A stretch of 64,000 nucleotides of DNA from an uncultured Prochlorococcus sp. (GTDB lineage: Bacteria > Cyanobacteriota > Cyanobacteriia > PCC-6307 > Cyanobiaceae): assembly GCA_902616595.1 (NCBI GenBank), contig CACMTJ010000001.1, forward strand, positions 114,655 through 178,654, written 5' to 3'. This document shows, piece after piece, positions 19,673 through 28,204 of this stretch. The notes beneath the pieces were generated by a model. That model saw only the letters and a program-made list of their open reading frames with translations, made no database searches and was not told where the DNA came from. Made by a program: the position numbers and the translations under genes. Position 1 is the first letter of the stretch. Each line of letters begins with the position of its first letter.

Positions 19673-19746
19673 TTGCGTTGTAAAATTAATACTGTTCCTA
19701 CTTAGATAATACTAAAAGAATTAGGGAAATTAAAAGTTTTTACAAT

Positions 19747-20406
19747 ATGAAAAACGATATTTTATATTCATTTCGAAGATGTCCATATGCAATTCGTGCA
19801 AGATGGGCCCTTTTAATTAGCGAAATAAAAGTAGAGATAAGAGAAATTGATTTAAAAAATAAACCTCAAGATTTTTTAAATAATTCAAAGACTAAAACAG
19901 TTCCAATTCTTATAAAAAAAAATAGTGAAGTTATTGAAGAAAGTCTTGAAATCATCCTGTGGGCTCTCTCAGAGTCGAAAAAGGAAAACATCAAATTAAT
20001 TTATTTTCCTGAGAACAAAAAGGAAGATATTTTTGAAATAATTAATGAAAACGATAACGAATTCAAATATCATTTAGATCGATTTAAATATGCTACAAGA
20101 TATAAAGATAGTGATGAAGAATTTCATTTCACAAATGCTATTAAATTTATAAAGAGATGGAACGAACTACTTGCTAAAAACAAATATTTTTTTGGAGATT
20201 GCCCCACAATCGCTGATTGGTCTGTTTGGCCTTTTGTAAGACAATTTAGAATCGCTTGTGAAAGTCAAAAAAGGATTAATTATTTTGAACCCTCGATAAA
20301 AAACTGGTTAGATTCATTTGAGAAAAATAAAGAATTTAAAACCTTAATGTATAAATATGAATTTTGGGAACCAAATTATAGAAAGAACTATTTTCCTTTT
20401 AATTAA
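19747..20406 (+). CDS. Glutathione S-transferase
   Basis: LYSFRRCPYAIRAR, TVPIL, EESLEI, AD...WPFVRQF. Confidence 0.9.
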   Translation: MKNDILYSFRRCPYAIRARWALLISEIKVEIREIDLKNKPQDFLNNSKTKTVPILIKKNSEVIEESLEIILWALSESKKENIKLIYFPENKKEDIFEIINENDNEFKYHLDRFKYATRYKDSDEEFHFTNAIKFIKRWNELLAKNKYFFGDCPTIADWSVWPFVRQFRIACESQKRINYFEPSIKNWLDSFEKNKEFKTLMYKYEFWEPNYRKNYFPFN

Positions 20407-20660
20407 CTTTCTAACAACTTCCTTTTTTCAATTATTCTTGCTAACTCCAAAAAATATCCTGCAGTCCTAAATTTTCCAATATTTTTTTCCTTAAAATCAA
20501 GATCGCTTCTAATTTCTGCAGTCTCCGCCATTAGCAAATCTAAATCATTTGATCCAAGACTATACAATTCTCCTAGTTCGATTTCCCTTCCGAGTAAATG
20601 ACTCCTAAACCACTTCCCTTTATTTTCTTGAGGTGGAATATCGTAGGGAGTAAATGACAT
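20403..20660 (-). CDS. Conserved hypothetical protein
   Basis: 85-aa ORF with ATG start, filling the gap between the GST gene and gltS. Confidence 0.7.
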   Translation of the reverse strand: MSFTPYDIPPQENKGKWFRSHLLGREIELGELYSLGSNDLDLLMAETAEIRSDLDFKEKNIGKFRTAGYFLELARIIEKRKLLES

Positions 20661-20696
20661 TAAAATAAAATTTAGGCTAATACTATTCTAGGGTTC

Positions 20697-22085
20697 TTAT
20701 TGAAACTTTTTCATCTCTACTTTATTAAAAATCAATGCAATGAAAAGAATTGAGAATGTAATTAGGGCACAAATTTCTGTCCAATAATCTAACCCAATTT
20801 TAGAAATCATTAATGGTGCAAGAACTGTAAATAGTCCCCCAGAAAGAATTAACTGAGCGAAAAGCTGTTTTGACGTAAAAATTGGCAAAGTCTTAGAAAT
20901 ATTTTTAGGATCTGCAAGCCTTAAAAGAAGTAACCCTGAAGCTACTACACCTGTAGAATTCCCAAACTCTATCAAGCTTTTTTCAAACCAATAATCATCA
21001 AAAATAAAGTATGCGAAATAAGCAATGCAGATTAAATTCCAAAATAAACCGAAAATAGTAAACACTAAAATAAGTATCCAATTATCAAAAACAACTTCGA
21101 TATCTAAACTCGCCATAGCTGTAAAAATCAATAAATCTGTTGATAAAATACCAATCTCCCTTTGCAGAATATTTGAAATAAATTCTGTATTTTTGGTTTT
21201 CTCTAAAATATACCTTATGAGGAGCGAACCTATAAGAATAAAAGGGAATACTGGTAGTGAAAAAATAATTTCCTTCGAAAAATCTCCAAAAGAACCTGAA
21301 ATATACCTTAAAAATTTAAGTAGCAAAATACCAAAAGAAATTGCCAAACCAGAGAATCCAAGATTTATTATAAAAATTCTTAAATCTGCAAAAATTCCTG
21401 TCTTATTTTCTCCCTTTAGAGTATCTTTTTGTTCAAGAATTTCCTCAGTATCTGAAAGACCTAAAGTTCTACCAAGGAAGATGAATATGCTACCCAATAT
21501 TGAAGAGGATAAAAGACCCATTGTTGCCATAGCCAAACCAAGATCTAAACCATTTGGGAAACCTAGTTTATTAAAACTTTCACCGATTATTGATGCGGCT
21601 CCATGACCGCCCTCAAAACCTACCTCTATTAAACAGCCCATTAGAGGATTTGCGTCCATAGATGGAGGCAGAAAATATTTAACAACAAGGCCACCGACAA
21701 AAAATTGTCCGAAACCTAGTGAAAGAGCTAATAGAAATTGATTAAAAATCGGTTTAACTAAACCATTTATATTCGGAATAGGTCTTCCCATCATTAAAGT
21801 TGCGAAGACTAATGATAAAAGAGGAGTAGGAAAATTACTCCAAACATTTATTGTTTCTTTTGGTAAAAAGTGTATCGCACCAAATGGGCCTATAGATATA
21901 CCTAAAATTCCTGATATGACTGCTATCGGCAATCCAAATCTCTCGAGTTGAACAGCTAGTTTAAATTTCCTTCCAAAAATCAACAAAAAAAATATAATTA
22001 ACAATCCCAAAAAACTTATCAATAGAGAATTTGAAAAAATATCTTTATTCTGTATTGAAAAAATATTCAATGATTTCAAAAACAT
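20697..22085 (-). CDS. gltS: Sodium/glutamate symporter family
   Basis: EVGFEGGHGAA, AMATMG, FGNSTGVVASGLLLLRLADP, many TM segments. Confidence 0.85.
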   Translation of the reverse strand: MFLKSLNIFSIQNKDIFSNSLLISFLGLLIIFFLLIFGRKFKLAVQLERFGLPIAVISGILGISIGPFGAIHFLPKETINVWSNFPTPLLSLVFATLMMGRPIPNINGLVKPIFNQFLLALSLGFGQFFVGGLVVKYFLPPSMDANPLMGCLIEVGFEGGHGAASIIGESFNKLGFPNGLDLGLAMATMGLLSSSILGSIFIFLGRTLGLSDTEEILEQKDTLKGENKTGIFADLRIFIINLGFSGLAISFGILLLKFLRYISGSFGDFSKEIIFSLPVFPFILIGSLLIRYILEKTKNTEFISNILQREIGILSTDLLIFTAMASLDIEVVFDNWILILVFTIFGLFWNLICIAYFAYFIFDDYWFEKSLIEFGNSTGVVASGLLLLRLADPKNISKTLPIFTSKQLFAQLILSGGLFTVLAPLMISKIGLDYWTEICALITFSILFIALIFNKVEMKKFQ

Positions 22086-22127
22086 ATAACTCTAAATCTA
22101 AATTAAGAAACAAAATTTTTCAAATAA

Positions 22128-22154
22128 AAAAGGCTCCGATAAGAGGAGCCTTTT
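22128..22154 (-). terminator. Intrinsic terminator of pcbA (A/T runs on both sides)
   Basis: AAAAGGCTCC-GATAAGA-GGAGCCTTTT perfect hairpin about 25 nt after the pcb stop, with a U-tract on the minus strand. Confidence 0.88.
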
Positions 22155-22178
22155 AATATTGGTAAGAAAATTTGAAAA

Positions 22179-23237
22179 TTAATCTTTTAGAGTAACTGTT
22201 GCACTATCAATATTACTGATAGCATTTGTAACTCTCTTGAAATCAAAGCCTAGTGCTCTTAAAGCATGCCATAGATGACCTTGAATAAAGAAAAATCCAA
22301 AATAGTAATGAACATTAGCTAACCATGCCCTTGAAGTGTACTCACCATCAGGAAGATCAACAGTATCTACCCAATAAGGAGAAATACTAAACTTCAATTC
22401 AAGTGGTTCACCAAAGAATTCAGTTGGATAAACTGTTGTGTTAGCTGCACTCCAGAAGGCTGCAATAATAGCCATCCAGCCTATTCCAGCTAGTGACCAA
22501 GATAGAACAGCTTCTGCAGAGAGAAGTCCTTTACCTTTAAATTTGGTATATTCACCAACTTGCTTAGTAGCAATATGCCAAGCACCACCAGTGATCTCAA
22601 CGAAAGCAAGAAAAGCATGGCCTCCCATTACTTCTTCAAGACTATCAATAGTCAAAAAGTCTGTTTGGTGATTCCAAATTTTGGCCAAATTTAATTCATA
22701 CTCAACTTGTCTTACAGAACCAATAGCTGGATCATAAATTCCATGAACCCTTGCCCATTCAACAAAAGCGATAACTGCGAAACCAAGAATAATTAAATGG
22801 TGACCAAGAATAAATGTCAATTTGTCTGGATTATCCCATTCAATATTGAATTTTCTAGCTCTTGCTACATCAGAATCTTCTAGATTTCCAGGAAGAAGTA
22901 AAGAGTGTAAAAGTCCTCCGGCTGCTAAAACCATAGAAGAAACTAAGTGAACTATTGCTATCGCTAGAACAGGTTTAGTATCTCCCATCGCAACACCATT
23001 AGCATCAAACCCTATTCCAAGAGTTGCTAAGTGAGGAAGAACGATTAGAGGTTGATGACCCATTGGGACGCTTGGGTCAAATCGTGAAAGTTCAAAAAGG
23101 GTGAATGCACCCGCCCAGAAAACAATTAATCCTGCATGAGCTACATGAGCAGCAATGAATTTTCCTGAGCGATTTGCTACACCTGAATTACCAGCCCACC
23201 ATCCATAGGTGGTATCTGGATTTCCATAGGTTTGCAT
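22179..23237 (-). CDS. pcbA: Chlorophyll a/b-binding light-harvesting protein Pcb (IsiA/CP43 family)
   Basis: [46 protein letters not shown]. Confidence 0.95.
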   Translation of the reverse strand: MQTYGNPDTTYGWWAGNSGVANRSGKFIAAHVAHAGLIVFWAGAFTLFELSRFDPSVPMGHQPLIVLPHLATLGIGFDANGVAMGDTKPVLAIAIVHLVSSMVLAAGGLLHSLLLPGNLEDSDVARARKFNIEWDNPDKLTFILGHHLIILGFAVIAFVEWARVHGIYDPAIGSVRQVEYELNLAKIWNHQTDFLTIDSLEEVMGGHAFLAFVEITGGAWHIATKQVGEYTKFKGKGLLSAEAVLSWSLAGIGWMAIIAAFWSAANTTVYPTEFFGEPLELKFSISPYWVDTVDLPDGEYTSRAWLANVHYYFGFFFIQGHLWHALRALGFDFKRVTNAISNIDSATVTLKD

Positions 23238-23307
23238 TTAGGAATTGATTAGCTTAAACGTTTTGAGAATACTTTATATTTCACCAAACAGTTGAATTCA
23301 TAACAAA

Positions 23308-23325
23308 ATTGTAAAGGTTAGTAAT
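23308..23325 (-). promoter_or_regulatory. HLR1-like (RpaB) direct repeat upstream of pcbA
   Basis: Minus strand reads ATTACTAA-CC-TTTACAAT versus consensus KTTACAWW-NN-KTTACAWW (6/8 and 8/8). Confidence 0.6.
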
Positions 23326-23567
23326 CCTAAACTATTACTAAAAAAAATTATTAGTAGGGCAAGACAAGAGTAAAGAAGGTAGATCTAATGAAGAAAAATT
23401 ATTCTCAAAGATATAAGTTCTATCAGATAAACCAGTATTTTTAAATTCAAATAAGTTCAATAAATTTCATTTTGCTGACATTAAACGATGTTTTGTTTCA
23501 TTACACCGTGTTTGTTATTGCCTCATTTTCAAACAATCATTAAAAATGGGATAAGACATCTAATATT

Positions 23568-23744
23568 ATGACTACTTCTCAAGAGTCTTCTAGAAAATTT
23601 TCACTAGAAATGAAATCTGAAGTTCATTACAAAAAGGCTGCAAAATCTTACAGAAAATCGAAACAATATATAAATATGATTAACTTATATCCAACTTTGC
23701 AAAACACTCTTATTGAGTGTAAGGATGAGAATTTAATCGAATAA
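23568..23744 (+). CDS. Small hypothetical protein (58 aa)
   Basis: Below the track's size cut-off. ATG..TAA: MTTSQESSRKFSLEMKSEVHYKKAAKSYRKSKQYINMINLYPTLQNTLIECKDENLIE. Confidence 0.55.
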   Translation: MTTSQESSRKFSLEMKSEVHYKKAAKSYRKSKQYINMINLYPTLQNTLIECKDENLIE

Positions 23745-23789
23745 ATATCTTATATATTTTCCCAAATTAATCAACTCAATATATCATTT

Positions 23790-24023
23790 TTAGGCTGCAA
23801 TATTATAGTTTTCTTCAGAATAAAATTTATTAATTATTTCTCTACACATTTTTATATTGTATAGCGCTATGGGTTTCCAAGGTTTTTTCTGACCTAGTGG
23901 AGAGCTTTTCCAATGAATCCCAGGCTTGAGTATTCCATTTTCACGTAAAAAAGAAAGTTTAATTTCAGTTATTCCCAGTTTTTTCGAGGTCAACTCAGAT
24001 GAGCTCCACATATCCCCTAACAT
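23790..24023 (-). CDS. Small excisionase/MerR-like winged-HTH protein
   Basis: W.SSE.TSKKLGIT..KL..LRENGILKPGIHW...LYNI pattern. Confidence 0.6.
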   Translation of the reverse strand: MLGDMWSSSELTSKKLGITEIKLSFLRENGILKPGIHWKSSPLGQKKPWKPIALYNIKMCREIINKFYSEENYNIAA

Positions 24024-24159
24024 TGAATTAAGTAAATATTATTAATCCTTGATAACGTTAATTTAATTTTTTTGAAAGGGGTAAAACTTTTAAATAATTA
24101 TAAAGTCACAAAAAACCTAGTATTTACAAAGAGAAGAGATTTGAAAGATTTATATCAAA

Positions 24160-24459
24160 TTAAGAAATATTAAATAAAGAATCTTCATTAATGAATATCT
24201 CATCGATACCCTCTCCTTTATTGATGGATTTATGGTTAACGTATTCTTCTGTAATCGATTGATGCTTTGAAAGATTGATCCAACCCTTGTGCCAATTTCC
24301 ACTATTTATTAATTCTTCATAATTAGTTTTTAAGTTAATTTCAGAATCAAGGACAGAAACCATTAAGAAACTAATATTTCCTTTTTCTTTAGTCTCATTT
24401 ACTAAAACAAAATGTCTTAATCCATTTATAGATTTAATAGAAGTCCAGTAATTTTCCAT
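24160..24459 (-). CDS. TIGR02450-like Trp-rich protein
   Basis: YWTS...GLRHFVLVN...EL....NWHKGW. Confidence 0.7.
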   Translation of the reverse strand: MENYWTSIKSINGLRHFVLVNETKEKGNISFLMVSVLDSEINLKTNYEELINSGNWHKGWINLSKHQSITEEYVNHKSINKGEGIDEIFINEDSLFNIS

Positions 24460-24461
24460 AA

Positions 24462-24755
24462 TTATTTTTTCTTAATTTTCCCCTCAGAATTTTTTCTAGA
24501 TATTTTCTTATATTCATTTCTAATTTCGTCTAGTAAAAGTTTTCTTTTATCCATGTAGTTAAGAGAATCTTGTTTTGTTAAGTTATATCTTTCTTTTTTA
24601 GTTAAATTCATCCAATTATTGAGATTCTTTTTATTGAAAGTTGTTATTTTTTTAGAATTAAAAACTATTTGTTTTCTATTTAATTTAAGAAAATTCCTTA
24701 AATTAAAAAAAATAAATATAAAAAGAAAAATTATCACTATCTTCAAGAACATCAC
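24462..24755 (-). CDS. Hypothetical protein with N-terminal TM helix
   Basis: 97 aa, hydrophobic N-terminus, overlaps the hisS stop by 4 nt. Confidence 0.65.
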   Translation of the reverse strand: MMFLKIVIIFLFIFIFFNLRNFLKLNRKQIVFNSKKITTFNKKNLNNWMNLTKKERYNLTKQDSLNYMDKRKLLLDEIRNEYKKISRKNSEGKIKKK

Positions 24756-26032
24756 TTTACAAGTAAGTTATTATTTATCCAATTTTCTAATTTAATATCA
24801 TTCTCAAAAGATATAACCTCCTCTTCATTCCCATTACCTGATTGATCAAAGAGCCTTATAATAAATTCCCCATTAACTGCCTCATCATCACCAATAACAA
24901 TAATACTTTTAGATTTAAGTTTATTTGCCTTTTTTAATTGCTTAGAGAATGAGGCTCCGCTTAAATCTAACTCAACTAACAAATCGTAATTTCTTAATTT
25001 TCTAGATAAATCCATTGCTAATGATTCAGCAATTAAGCCTTGATTAATGATATAGATATCAGTATTTCTTGGAATTTCAAGCTCTTTTCCTGCGAGTAAA
25101 ATTAATCTTTCTAAACCAATAGCGAAACCAATTGCAGGGGTGTTTGGCCCTCCCATTTGTTTTATTAAATCGTTGTATCTCCCTCCTCCGCAAACTGTAG
25201 CTTGGGAGCCCAGAGCCCCACTAGTAATTTCAAAAGCTGTATGAGTATAGTAATCTAAACCTCTTACAAGATTAAAATTTTCTACGTAAGGTATTTTTAA
25301 AACTTCTAATTGTCTTTTTAAGTCTAAATATCTATTATGACTTTTTTCAGATAAAAAATTAAATAATCTTGGTGCATTTTCAAGAACTTTTTTAGTTTGA
25401 ATATTCTTTGAATCCAAAATCCTCAATGGGTTTTTAGAAATTCTATTCTGAGAATCTAAATCTAGAGAATCTTTATTTGTTTCTAACCATCTTAAAAAAG
25501 ATTTTTGAAAATTTGATCTGTCATTAGTATCACCTAACGTATTTATTTCAAGATTGAGTTCTTTTATTCCTAATTTACCTAAGATATCCCAAGCTAAAGC
25601 AATAATTTCAACATCACTTCTAACTGAATCATGTCCTATGTACTCAACACCTAATTGATGAAACTGTCTTTGCCTGCCTGCTTGAGGTCTTTCGTATCGA
25701 AACATAGGTCCCATGTACCAAAGTTTTTGAAGAGGATTAGACGATATTCCATTTTGTATTAACGCGCGTGCGACTGAGGCTGTTCCTTCAGGTCTTAGAG
25801 TGCAAGATCTCTCCCCCCTATCAAGAAATGTATACATTTCCTTACTCACAACATCTGTTCCTTCACCAATTCCTCTTATAAATAATTCGGTCATTTCCAA
25901 TATTGGTGTTCTTATTTCTTTGATGGATGCTCTAGAAAGCTGTTCTAATAAAATTTTTTCAACGTTTTGCCACTTTATTAATTGATCAGGAAATAGGTCT
26001 ACTGTTCCTCTTAGGTTTTTTAAGTTATTCAA
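24752..26032 (-). CDS. hisS: Histidyl-tRNA synthetase
   Basis: LRPEGTA, FRYERPQAGRQRQFHQ, RGLDYYT, GGGRY, GLERL. Confidence 0.97.
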   Translation of the reverse strand: MNNLKNLRGTVDLFPDQLIKWQNVEKILLEQLSRASIKEIRTPILEMTELFIRGIGEGTDVVSKEMYTFLDRGERSCTLRPEGTASVARALIQNGISSNPLQKLWYMGPMFRYERPQAGRQRQFHQLGVEYIGHDSVRSDVEIIALAWDILGKLGIKELNLEINTLGDTNDRSNFQKSFLRWLETNKDSLDLDSQNRISKNPLRILDSKNIQTKKVLENAPRLFNFLSEKSHNRYLDLKRQLEVLKIPYVENFNLVRGLDYYTHTAFEITSGALGSQATVCGGGRYNDLIKQMGGPNTPAIGFAIGLERLILLAGKELEIPRNTDIYIINQGLIAESLAMDLSRKLRNYDLLVELDLSGASFSKQLKKANKLKSKSIIVIGDDEAVNGEFIIRLFDQSGNGNEEEVISFENDIKLENWINNNLLVK

Positions 26033-26131
26033 AGTTCTAAAAAATAATTCAAAATTTTTAATTCATCTAGAAAATAATCTTTGATTGGTTTATTTTGTGA
26101 GACAATTTTAATTTAACATTTAGAAAAACTA

Positions 26132-26554
26132 TTGGGAATTAATACAAGTAAAGAGAATCAACATTGCGGGACAAAACCAAAAAAAATTGCTTTTGGAATA
26201 GCACCTCTTGGTATAGTTTCAATAGGAATAGTGCCAATGGGAGTAATAAGTATAGGGGTAGTCCCAATGGGTGTATTTTCTTTTGGAGCAGTCGCAATGG
26301 GAATAGTCAATTTATCAGTCGTCGGAATGGGAATTATCTCTTCCGGTGTAACTACTATGGGGATATGGGAGTATTCACCTAATTCTCATAAAAATCATCA
26401 TAATCATTCCAAACAAATTTCAAATTCAAATAAGGAAAATATGATGCCAGATCTATTTAACACTAAACAAGAGGCTGAAAAGGCTGCTTCAAAATACGGA
26501 TGTATTGGAGCACATAAAATGGGTGAGAAATGGATGCCTTGTAAGATGCACTAA
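26132..26554 (+). CDS. Gly-rich repeat membrane protein with His linker and C-terminal DUF3721-like domain
   Basis: GIxPMGVxSI-type repeats, HKNHHNH, AEKAASKYGCIGAHKMGEKWMPC. Confidence 0.72.
   Translation: MGINTSKENQHCGTKPKKIAFGIAPLGIVSIGIVPMGVISIGVVPMGVFSFGAVAMGIVNLSVVGMGIISSGVTTMGIWEYSPNSHKNHHNHSKQISNSNKENMMPDLFNTKQEAEKAASKYGCIGAHKMGEKWMPCKMH
26195..26362 (+). repeat. Degenerate 30-bp tandem coding repeat (about 5.6 units)
   Basis: Units start at 26195, 26225, 26255, 26285, 26315 and 26345, e.g. ggaatagtgccaatgggagtaataagtata / ggggtagtcccaatgggtgtattttctttt. Confidence 0.7.
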
Positions 26555-26584
26555 ATATTTTCTTAGTCAAAAATTAAATAAATA

Positions 26585-27364
26585 TTAATTCAAAATCTCA
26601 ACTCTAAAATCAAGATTTTTTGCCTCATCAGTAGTTAATTTTTTTGACCAAGCTCCTTGCACAGGACTATTCCATCTGAACCCAGCATTTTTAGCTAAAG
26701 ACCTATCTTCGTAACTAATCAGTGCCTTGTATAAAAACCTCGGTTCAGTAGCTTTAAGTAAAAGTTCCTCTAAATTATTACATTTTTTGAAGACTTCAGA
26801 TATGTAAAAGCAATCTGATAAAGCTCTATGTAAATTCCAAACTGGTATTGAAAAAGATAAAGCTAGATCAGTTACTGAGGGTCTATTTTTTAGTGATTTT
26901 TGAAAAGACCAATTAATATCTTCTAAACTACATATCCATTTTTTATTAAGTTTAGGTAATCTTCCTTTCCCAAACCATTTCTTATCAAACTCTACATTAT
27001 GCGCGACAATGAAATCCGAGCTATCAACAAGTTTTAAAAAGAAATTCAATCCATCTTCCCATGGTTGAGAGATATTAGTTACTTCTGCAGATATGCCATT
27101 AACATATTCCGCTTCATTATTACTAACTGGGAATAAAAATGAGACCTGAGAAAGTACACATTTAAAAGACACATCAAACAAAATACAACCTATCTCTATC
27201 ACTTCATCTTTATTTTCATCTAAACCTGTTGTTTCAGTATCAAGAATTAAAATTTTTTCAATTTTTTTATTCTGATTAGCAACACTATCTTCAGAGGGAT
27301 AACTGATAACTTGATCCTGAAGAATATCCAATTGATTTAATTCTTTTTTGTTAAATAGTTCCAA
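26585..27364 (-). CDS. DEDDh 3'-5' exonuclease (DnaQ-like)
   Basis: LDTETTG, AHNVEFD, HRALSD. Confidence 0.9.
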   Translation of the reverse strand: MELFNKKELNQLDILQDQVISYPSEDSVANQNKKIEKILILDTETTGLDENKDEVIEIGCILFDVSFKCVLSQVSFLFPVSNNEAEYVNGISAEVTNISQPWEDGLNFFLKLVDSSDFIVAHNVEFDKKWFGKGRLPKLNKKWICSLEDINWSFQKSLKNRPSVTDLALSFSIPVWNLHRALSDCFYISEVFKKCNNLEELLLKATEPRFLYKALISYEDRSLAKNAGFRWNSPVQGAWSKKLTTDEAKNLDFRVEILN

Positions 27365-27481
27365 TTAGCTGAAAACACTTTTATTTATCTTGACGCATTT
27401 AATAAAAATTTCTCTTAAATTAATATTAATTAAGAAACATGATTAGAAAATAATTTTTGAAACATTTTTAGTTTTTAAAAG

Positions 27482-28204
27482 ATGACTTTTACAAAATATC
27501 AATTTAATAATTTTTGTTATTGGCCTTCAAATCCTAAAAAAATTGTAGAATTTATTGGTGGAAGTTATCTTGCTTCTAAACCAGATCTAACTTATAAAAG
27601 ATTCATAGAGAGTTTAATTAATAAAAACTATGCAGTACATGCATATAAATACACTCCACAATTTGATCACCAACAACTTGCTATTAAAGCATGGAGGGAT
27701 TTCAAGAATTGTCGAATATCTTTATCAAAGAGAATAGGAACATCAATTCCTTCAATAAGAATTGGTCATAGCCTAGGCTGCAAACTTCATCTAATTTCTC
27801 CGGATGGTGGAAGAAATTGCGAAAAATTCATATCAATAAGTTTTAACAACTTCAGTGCTAATAAATCTATTCCATTATTGAAACAAATTTCTCGAAAATT
27901 AGAATTCAACAGTGAATTTAGCCCAAGCCCTGAAAGAACTTTGCGATTAATTGAAAAAACATATAATCAAAAAAATAACTTCCTTATAAAATTCAACTCA
28001 GATGAATTAGATCAAACAGATAAATTATTTTCTTGTCTGAAAGCAAGAAAAGAAGATAATTCAAAAGGAGTAATGTTAAAAGGTACACACACTATAATTG
28101 CAAGCGCAGGATTAAGAGAAAATTTTTTGGGAGACTGGGCCGATGATGAATTCAAAAGAAATACTATAAAAAAAATTTCCAATTTAATTGATGAATCTGA
28201 TTAG
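27482..28204 (+). CDS. DUF1350 alpha/beta hydrolase-like protein
   Basis: [26 protein letters not shown]. Confidence 0.8.
   Translation: MTFTKYQFNNFCYWPSNPKKIVEFIGGSYLASKPDLTYKRFIESLINKNYAVHAYKYTPQFDHQQLAIKAWRDFKNCRISLSKRIGTSIPSIRIGHSLGCKLHLISPDGGRNCEKFISISFNNFSANKSIPLLKQISRKLEFNSEFSPSPERTLRLIEKTYNQKNNFLIKFNSDELDQTDKLFSCLKARKEDNSKGVMLKGTHTIIASAGLRENFLGDWADDEFKRNTIKKISNLIDESD

Noticed and set aside
19680-19692. GTA...TAC NtcA-like site in the GIY-YIG/GST divergent gap
   Set aside because: The spacer is 7 nt rather than the required 8.
23238-24755. Small-ORF patch as a genomic island or prophage remnant
   Set aside because: No integrase, tRNA, direct repeats or obvious compositional shift; only the Xis-like gene was kept as a finding.
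26195-26362. 30-bp periodicity as a possible CRISPR array
   Set aside because: The units are degenerate, in frame and lack spacers, and no cas genes are present, so this is a coding repeat.
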